Source of the DNA: Azolla caroliniana
Lineage: Eukaryota; Plantae; Polypodiophyta
DNA: 45,579 nt
Reading direction: 5' to 3'
Assembly: GCA_043228905.1 (NCBI GenBank)
Contig: JBHGNT010000247.1
Location: forward strand, 1 to 45,579
The first letter of the stretch is position 1. Each line of letters starts with the position of its first letter. The notes under the pieces are model-generated. The model was not told the DNA's origin. It did not search any database and was given only the letters and a program-made list of their open reading frames with translations. The position numbers and the translations under genes are program-made. This document shows, piece after piece, positions 37,087-45,579 of this stretch.

Positions 37087-40000
37087 TGCCCTTGCCGCAT
37101 CGATAAGAGACCGGTTCTTCCTCTCGGCAACACCGTTCTGTTGCGGTGTGTATCTACAACTGAACTCTCGCCGAATTCCCGTTTGCTGCAGATAGATGTT
37201 GAATTGGCCGGAAAAGTATTCATTCCCGCCATCCAACTACAGGCATTTGATCTTCCTCTCTGATTCCCGTTCCACCATGCTTTGGAGACTCCGGAAACAC
37301 TCGAAGACTTCACTCTTCCGCTCAATGAGGTAGATCCATGTGTGCCGCGTATAGTCGTCGATGAAGGAGACGAAATATCGACTCCCGCCAAGACTAACAT
37401 TTTGTGCCGGTCCCCACACATCCGAATGGCTTAGGTCAAGCTTGTTACGACTCCGGTTACGTTCGGTAGGGAATGGAAGCCGGTGTTGCTTCCCGAGTTG
37501 GCAAGCTTCACATACTTGGGCCTTCCGGCCGCTGAACTTCGGCAAATTGAAAACAACTTGTTTTGCTTGCAGGTCTTGAAGTCTCCGGTAATTGACATGG
37601 CCTATCCGCTTGTGCCACAGGTCGATGTCCGATTCGAACTTCTGTCCTTTTGCAAACAGAGCGGTGCCGACGTCATTGGTATCGAGGATAAACATCCTCC
37701 CGTCTTTGCGCCCTTGCGCAATAATTTGGCCCTCTTCCTCGATAAAGCACCTGAGGTGAGTAAACCGCACCTACATCCCTTGGTCGACAATCTGTCCGAC
37801 CGACACCAGGTTCTTCGTGATTGTTAGAACATGTAATACGTTCATCAGCTTCCCCTTCTGTCCGACGTGACTCAAAGGGACTTCTCCAACGTGCACGATT
37901 GGGTGAGGAGTGTTGTCTCCGGTTTCGACTACTCCTGGTTAATCCAGTTTCTCCATAAAGGAGAACCACTCTTTGTGGCTCGTCATGTGGTTCGACGCAC
38001 CGGAATCAACATACCACACTTCCTCCGATTTGGAAGTGGTCTTCTTCATCGAGTTCACCTCGTGCTTCATCACCAAGGTTGGCCCATTACCATTCTTGGA
38101 TCCTCCCGATCCCTTCGCGTAGTGCGAGCTTTGTCAGCCATCCTTGTTGGCCTTGCCGGATCCGGATTTGTCCGAATCGGCGCGTTTTCTCCAACACTCG
38201 CTCTCTCTGTGGCCCTTTTTGCCACAATACCAGCATTCCGTTGCAGTCTTCTCTTGTCGTCTTCCGGTGCCGCCATGACTCGCCCTGCTCCCGGAGGGTC
38301 TGGAACTGTTGTCGGCATGGCACATTCTCCGTGCCTTTGTTCCTGGTCTTACCGGCCGCCTCCATTGCGTGCCGACCCGCCTCGTCCACCACGCCCACGG
38401 GACCAATCCGCTTCCATGTACAACATCCGGTTGTCAATGGGTGCACAAGTTGACACACTAGTGTGGTTCTCCTTTACAAGGAGCATCGATTGTAAGTCGA
38501 AAAATGATGGCGTATTCTCCCTTGTACATACCGCCGTTCGGAACGCTCTGAACTTAGACGCCAGGCCCCCAAGACAGACCTGTACCATCTCGTCTTCCTC
38601 TACAGTAACGTTGATAGAGGCAAGCGAGTCACAGATCTCTTTGATCCGGGCCGTGTAATCCGCCACCGACATGTCCAACAGCATGTCCTTCTGTTGGACA
38701 TTGCTCAACTCCTGTCGGAGTTGCAGCTTCCGAGTTGTAGTGCTTGCGGTGAAAACCTTCTTCAGGTTTCCCCAAGCCTCCTTCGGCGTCTTGGCGTCTC
38801 GGATGTGGCTCAACAACTGGTCTCCGACATTGGACGTGAAGTAGTACATCACTCTGCTTGCCGATTGTTCTCATACTAGGAAATCCTTATGTGCCACATC
38901 AAGTGTTGTTTCATTGGCTCCTTCGACGAAACTCTAGTAGCCATGCCCAAGCAGGTACTGGTGCATCTTGTACGACCAAGATGCGTAGTTGGATCTGTCG
39001 AGTTTCTCCACAGGGAGCGAGCTAGCCATCCCTCTATCCATCACTTCTCTGTTAGGGTTTGCTTTCAAGCGTTTTTCGGCTGCAGAGGTTCTCAACCCTC
39101 GCGCTCTGATACCATGTAAACAATTACTTGCGGAAGCATTAGAAAACAAAGAAAAAAGAGAATACACGGAGTACACAGGAGAGACAGAGAGAGCAAAACG
39201 TAAAAGCTATATTCAAAAAAACAATAAAACACTCCATATCTTACAACTATGCTCAGTAGCACTATTTATACAAGTCCTCGTGGGACTGACAGAAGTACTG
39301 CGTACTTCAATGCTCACACGAGAATCTAACACTTACTACGAGACTATAACTGCCTAGTAGTCTAAACTAATATTAGGCTTCCGGTTACCGATTGGATCCG
39401 GCTAACCAGCTCCCCAGCTCACCGGCTCTGTTGCTTGCTGGCTTACGATCCGTCTCGCTTGCCGGCTCAGGCTTATCCAGCCGATCCGGCTCCAGTTGAG
39501 CTTGCTACTCAACACATAAGACTTATCTCTATTTTCAAGGCTTCTTGTGTCTACTTCTTGTGTCTACTAAGTTCTTGAGACAAGGCATTTTTATCCTTTC
39601 TTGTCTTTTCATTTATAATACTTGTCTTTACTAGTTGTAAAGATAGGTTGTCTTCTTTACATGAGGTACTGAGTGTCACTATTAGGTTTTCCCAACTGTT
39701 CGGTAAAGTACATGGTAGTAGTGTGGCTTGCATAGCATCATCTAATGGGAACTTCGCTGATGCTAACTAGTTTACCAGACCCATGAAAGTACTTATGTGC
39801 TCTACGATACTCTCCCCATCTACATTCGTTAGTCTCACTATTTTTCTCATTAAGGAAGTTTTATTTAAGGCATTTTTCTTTCGTAGAGGGTTGAGAGTTT
39901 TTGCCATAACTCATAAGCATTTGTATCACTTGCTACATGTTGTAGAACGCTAATGTCTACACATTGTCTTATGGTTGCAACTGCCTTTCTCTTTAGAGTT

Positions 40001-41756
40001 TTCCACCTAGATTCTATTACCCCTCTAGGTATGTATTCCTTTTCGATAGGCTCATACAGATCTTTGACTATCAGAATATTTTCCATTTTGACCTTCCATC
40101 CTGAGTAGTTTTTATGAGTTTAGGACAATCATCCCCGGAAAGCCACTCACACCCCCTTCAATCTAGAACATATGCCCTGATATCAATTTGAAAGATTTTA
40201 CACTCAAACGTAGGCAACAAATCTACTAAGACACAAACATAATAAAACAAGTAGCACACGATTTACATGGAAAACCCTCATTTCAAGGAAAAACCATGGT
40301 GAACAAAGATTTCCACTATGAGACAAGAAAGAATACAATCATAGAATGATAGAACCTGATTTGGTATGGATGTACTCTCAAGTTGTTATCTGAAACCACA
40401 GTTTCAGCCGAGTGCACCAAACCCTAACTCATAGGTATCTATCACTTTCGAAGCTTCCAAATCTTCTCTATGTTGTCTCTCTTTCTTCTCTGTTACACTC
40501 TCCTTTCTTTGCTTCTTTGTTACACTATGTGGTTGTGCTTGATCCACATCATCGGATAGATACTAAGACCCACAAATATGCACACAACACTATGGAAGAA
40601 TGTATATGGCAATTGTGCCATTGGGATGTAATGCTTCATATCACTTTACAAGTTGATGGAATACAATGAACAAAGATACAAAGTCATTATCACCTATGCA
40701 ATCAAGGTGCTTCCCCTAGCTTCAAAGAACTCCACAACTTGGATAAACAAAAGTTTCAAGCCATGTAAAGTTAGGATGCTAGTCCTTAGTTATATTTATT
40801 TACTTCGGTGTGTTCACCCTGGTGTTTCAATAGATGATGTTAATTAAGTATACACACTAGGGCTGCATCGAATATTTTGATCAACTCAAAGATAGTACTA
40901 TCTCTCTTCATGAGAAATGTTATGCTTTTCTTCCTTTTTCTTTACTTCAAATACTCCATGAGGAAGTCCGTTAAATTGACATATTACGAAACCTCCATAT
41001 CAGTATCCGTAGAGGGGACTTTTCACAAGGATATAAAAAATATTGTTGTTTTATAATCATAGCCCTTTGATGGACCTTCCTTCATCCAAACAAGCCCATT
41101 TCATTTTAGTGATCAATGTCCTTGGACCTCCATTTTATCAAATAAATTCACAATTCAGTTGCAACTTACATTATATCCTTTTTTTATTACAAAAAACAGA
41201 TCTCCATCGTAATAAGTGGAGCAAAATTGATGGATGATGTTTGGTAGAGTATTTTCTGTTTTCCAAATGAACCAATAACATTTGATAAGGGAATTAACCC
41301 ATGTTGTAACTTGTAAATAACAAAGAATAATTCTCCGAGAGTAAAAATGAACTTGATTATTAATGAAGTTTCCCACATTTGCTAAGACAACTTTGAATTT
41401 TGTCGCCTGCTGATTTAACATTTTTTATGTAGAAGGAAGCAAAAAAAATCAAAACTAATATAAGCTAAATATTCTCATGATTCCCTTGTAAATTTTATAC
41501 ATGAGAAGGAATCTTGGTCGACGTGTAAGAACAAATAGTTAGGACTCCGTACACCAAACCTTAAGGGTATCACTCTTATTCTTGTAATAAATAGTGCATA
41601 CACTTATTTTGCACTTGCATAATTATTAACCAATGCAGTTTGGGTTTAATTACATTCACAAATGGATTGACAACAAAAAATGATGAGGAATACCGTCGGC
41701 CCAGATTAAAAAACTTTTCCTACCACCTAATAGACACAGAATTTGATGATTCTTCA

Positions 41757-41993
41757 TTACCATAACTCCCCAATGGGTGCTTCAGTGAGCCACAAGCGAT
41801 GGATGTAGTCATACAATTTTCCCGTTACACTTACCTGAGTGCATAAGATATCCTAGTAAAATTATCAGAAAAACAGAAAAACCAGCAATTACATGCACAA
41901 TAAGGAATTTCCCCCCTTAATGTATGTCTATCAAAAGAATATTTACATGCATACATACATGTGGATTATCCTAGCTTAATACAAATATATACA

Positions 41994-42029
<36 letters not shown>

Positions 42030-42208
42030 TATATATATTATATCCTAGTAAAATTATCAAAAAAACAGAAAAACCAACAATTACACATACAAAAAGGAAT
42101 TTCCCCCCTTAATGTATGTCTATCTAAAGAATATTTACATGCATACATACATGTGAAATATCCTAGTTTAATACAAATATATACATACATACATACAACA
42201 TGTATATA

Positions 42209-42262
<54 letters not shown>

Positions 42263-45200
42263 CATGCTTGACAAACAGTGAGGGAAAAATTCAAGGGCTA
42301 TGTTTTGGATTTTTGCATGTTACATTACTCACATACAAATAAGTACATACATCACATATACACACATAAAGCACAAAAAATTAATAATCACCTTGTACGG
42401 TGTGGGATTCAAACCCCGAAGATGATCGGGGCGCACTGCATTTATCTGATCTCGGCATCTCGTTCTGGCCTCTTGTAGTGATGATAATTGCTCTCTCAGA
42501 ATCCCTTAAAAAACCTCAAAAAAGGACTTAGTTTAGAAATTGATTGTTCACTAATCATAGCATTTTTGTCAATAACATCCCACCATTATACTTCAAATAT
42601 GTGTTCATTACCTGATTTTCCAGGCCAGTAACACTTATACAGTTTCTCCACTCTTTGAGGTGTCACATGTGCTCGTTTCGACTCAATGAAAGGATGTCTA
42701 CAAAGTATCTTTTCTCCAACCTATGAATCATAGAAAATGAAGCAATCTCTCTATCTATCTCTCTATCTCTGTGTGAATAGTAAATGTATTAATTACATTA
42801 TATATAACAACAGTGTATGGGGGTGCAATATCAAGCAAATCCCATCCAATTTCCTATTGTATCCCTCATCTGGTAATTCCTCCAGATGGACCTATTTCAA
42901 CGTGTTACCTAATGGCCAATGAAAATGGCAGACAGTTCATAGAACCTCTGCTCAGATCAGCATCCTTTCTTCATAGGGCATGGAAGCTGCCTTTACATAG
43001 ATATTCCAGGTTGGCTTTAGAATCCTCCAAACAATTGGTGAGTGAGGGAAAAACTTCATTGTTGGTTTTGCCCAAATGGCGTTGTCCTACAGCTTCCATG
43101 GTATCAGCATAGAAAAACAACCTCCCTTGCAGTACTTCCTTGAATGCCATCTCTTAGACTAATTCCAAGAGCTACGTTATCAGTCAAGATCTCAGTCAGC
43201 TAGAGGGTAGGTCGGCATGGATGGAACTAGCAATCGGCAATGGTTTGGTTTGAGTAAAGAATCTAACTCTTGTAGAGTTGGGGTATGCGGAAGCATAGTG
43301 CGTGTGAGAGAGTCGGGATGTGAGCAAGAGAAGGAATCAGAGAAAATAACCAGAATAATAAAATAGACAGTAGGGGGATGACAGCTTATGCATTGAAGAG
43401 AAAACTATATTAATCAACTAAAGATCATCAACTAAACACAATGGGCCAAGGGGGTTTTATATACAAGTCCTCAAGGTACTACTACATTAAATGTGGTTGG
43501 TGGAATCTATTCATAGATATCCACTCGAGTACGATTCTGTCATAAGAATATAAGACATCCTTTGATTACATTTACACTTGATAACTACACATACCTAGTT
43601 AGTTGTCAAGTGTAAATGTGGTCAAATAGCCAGTTCAAAAAATATGAACCAGCTAGATTGCGGTTTTTGGAAAATTCTGGCCAGAATCGCTTCCAGCTGT
43701 CCCCCACATTGGCCAACCTAACAAGAACGCTGACACTGTTCTTGGGACTTTGTCCAACATTGTTCGTCTGTCTCATGGATAACAATGCATCATTGGACAG
43801 GTCCGCATCTCATAAAACATCAGTTGAAGATATAGATAGGTAGGTAACGGGGTGTGCTTCCTGAACAAACGATATTTCTGTTATGCTATCCATGGATAGA
43901 GTCTGAGGAGCACCACCTATGCCGCTGCACAGTTTATTATGGGATCTGAGGACACTTACACTGACTCTTCATTTGGGCCATTGTACTGAATCATGGATTT
44001 CTATAATCAGAGATGTTTGAGGCAGTCCTACTAGAGATCTGTAGATTTAGAATCTCTCCTCAGGACTAGACGACAAGCAGGGCCAGAGCCTGTACAATGG
44101 AAGCCCAACCATGAGACCTTAGAGCAAACGCAGCCAGAACCTGGTAGAAGGATATTGCTTAACCGAGTAGTTCACTTGTCTCCATCAGGTGCATGTGGAT
44201 ACACAGACTATCAGATAGCTAGCTATAACCTGCATCGGAGGATACATCCTATCATTTCCTGAGATCGAGAGTGATCTCCTGGGCAGTTAATGACATTGAA
44301 GTAATATCACATTATCTAATGAGGGCATTCATGGGCTGATCTACTCACATTTCTACCTCTTTTAGATATGTATTCATTTATTCTATAAATTGCATCGTCC
44401 ACATTACTTGTACCTATGGTTCCTATATCATTGTACTTTGATCACAGCCTAGCTACCCAAGCAAAAAGATCCAAAAGACACATAAAATCAAAATTTTGCA
44501 CCACACGTGCTTCGTGATGCATCAATAGATTCCTCTATGAATGAGGCATTTTTGTAACACCAATGTATCATGACATGGAGCAATACATGTTAAAGCCCAT
44601 ATTGTTGTCTGTCATCCAAACCATTGCTTCTATGCGACTTACCTCACACTCATTATGATGTGAGACAGGGCATTGGGGCACACTTTGCCCTAAACAAATT
44701 CAAGAGTCAGAATATCACACTTTGATACAATGCTCTACCTTTAATCACATCCTGACTATGCTTCCCACATCTTTGACCAAACCCAATCCTTGAATGAAAC
44801 TCTCCCATAGTCAATGTGCACTCTTAATTGCAACATTCATTAGTAAAGTTCTTGAACATCAACAGTCGCTACTCACTTTTCACATGTATTACATGAAAAT
44901 GTTATCTTTATGGTTTCATAGGTCATCTTTGACCTTCTAAGATGATAATAAAATCTATCTATCTATCTATCTCTACCTTCTTCATCATCTCTCAAAGACT
45001 TTTTAAGGCATAAAACACCTAATACACCTTACATTTACACCTAATATTCCTCTGTAGGACAAATTTCAATTTGGAATAATCAAAGTGGAGGTATGGAGGT
45101 AATCTGGAAATTCTGTGAAAACGTACGGGTATTTGGGTAGAATATGCTCAAGAAACTTTTTTGCCCAATGAATATGATTTTCAACATACCTTAGGTGCAG

Positions 45201-45498
45201 GCTCATCTTCTCTTTTCATGATGTCGACCAAAGCATAACCTTCTACGCCATACAGTCTATAAGCTTCCTTCTTACATGGGATTGTGACCTTGTTACAACA
45301 ACCACATGAATTAGATAAGACAAAAAAACCATAGGCAAATAAAATAGGAATAACATCACTAACCTTCTCAATATCCTGAGATAATTTCATCCTTGGTTGT
45401 CCATTGATCTCAACTAGTTTGTAGACACAACCTAAAGCAGATTGTGTCGAGCATGTCACAAGGTGTGTCCCTATACCAAAAGCATCGATCTCGTGGAC
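41757..45498 (-). CDS. NAPRT: Nicotinate phosphoribosyltransferase, last five exons (5' part lies beyond the window)
   Basis: Exons 45498-45364, 45288-45190, 42720-42612, 42504-42392, 41834-41757 with consistent phases: [40 protein letters not shown]|[14 protein letters not shown]..|[21 protein letters not shown]..|..[14 protein letters not shown]|[25 protein letters not shown]. Confidence 0.93.
41848..42260. repeat. ~190-bp tandem duplication plus (TACA)n/(TA)n/(TATG)n microsatellites in the last NAPRT intron
   Basis: ATATCCTAGTAAAATTATCA...AATACAAATATATACATAC at ~41848 and ~42040. Confidence 0.9.
44510..44960. repeat. Second, internally deleted copy of the dispersed repeat at 13290-14120, inside a NAPRT intron
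   Basis: Colinear similarity to 13290-13340 and 13715-14120. Confidence 0.75.
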
Positions 45499-45579
45499 CT
45501 GTTTGCGTGGTAATTTATAAAGTACCAGTTTCTTGTTTAACATTACAAGATTGTTTTATCATTTACAAACTATCAGTTT

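Larger units (their letters stand above)
28194..39514 (-). mobile_element. Copia element B, full length but decayed; LTRs 39115-39514 and 28194-28598
   Basis: TSD CATAA (28189-28193, 39515-39519). PBS TGGTATCAGAGC at 39114-39103. PPT AGGGGGAG next to the 3' LTR. gag (EKLDRSNYASW, CWYCGKKGHRESEC), integrase (DLWHKRIGH, YTPQQNGVAERKN), RT (LLYVDDL), RNase H (NPVFHARTKHIEVHYHF). Multiple stops and frameshifts. Confidence 0.95.
27273..40650 (-). mobile_element. Copia family A, copy 2 (5' LTR ~40650-40189, gag, protease, GAG-pre-integrase, start of integrase), degenerate, 3'-truncated and split by element B
   Basis: LTR homologous to 25750-25977. Degenerate PBS TGATATCAGGGCA at 40185-40173. gag 40086-39550, zinc knuckle CFCCGKPDHFQKNC-like, protease WVVDSGAS, LWHKRLDHMSE, integrase YFVTFIDDFSRKLW. 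Confidence 0.85.

Noticed and set aside
37867-38658. 263-aa plus-strand ORF
   Set aside because: Antisense to Copia B gag/protease; no independent motif.
42810-44450. Probable old retroelement fragment in the long NAPRT intron
   Set aside because: Composition suggests a TE relic, but I could not define termini, a TSD or protein motifs.

Overview
Eukaryotic, intron-rich, transposon-rich land-plant DNA. The Copia and LINE families and gene structures suggest a fern or other non-seed plant, but that is inference. Host genes are a 7-exon plastid cyclophilin (CYP20-3-like, 19341-15873, minus strand) and the last 5 exons of a nicotinate phosphoribosyltransferase (45498-41757, minus strand). Most other sequence is nested TEs: two L1-type LINE relics, a Copia pile-up (three levels deep, plus an inverted partner copy), a solo LTR and a hAT MITE. 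The standout is an apparently intact 9072-bp DNA transposon at 2999-12070 with 36-bp TIRs and a 4-bp CAAA target-site duplication. It carries two divergent genes. One is a 926-aa Sola-like DDD transposase with a BAH-like C-terminus. The other is a spliced 6-exon, ~974-aa protein fusing a ParB-like domain to a bacterial/phage-type beta-class N6-adenine/N4-cytosine DNA methyltransferase. Intron 1 of that gene holds seven tandem CG-rich palindromes. This looks like a transposon carrying its own DNA-marking system.
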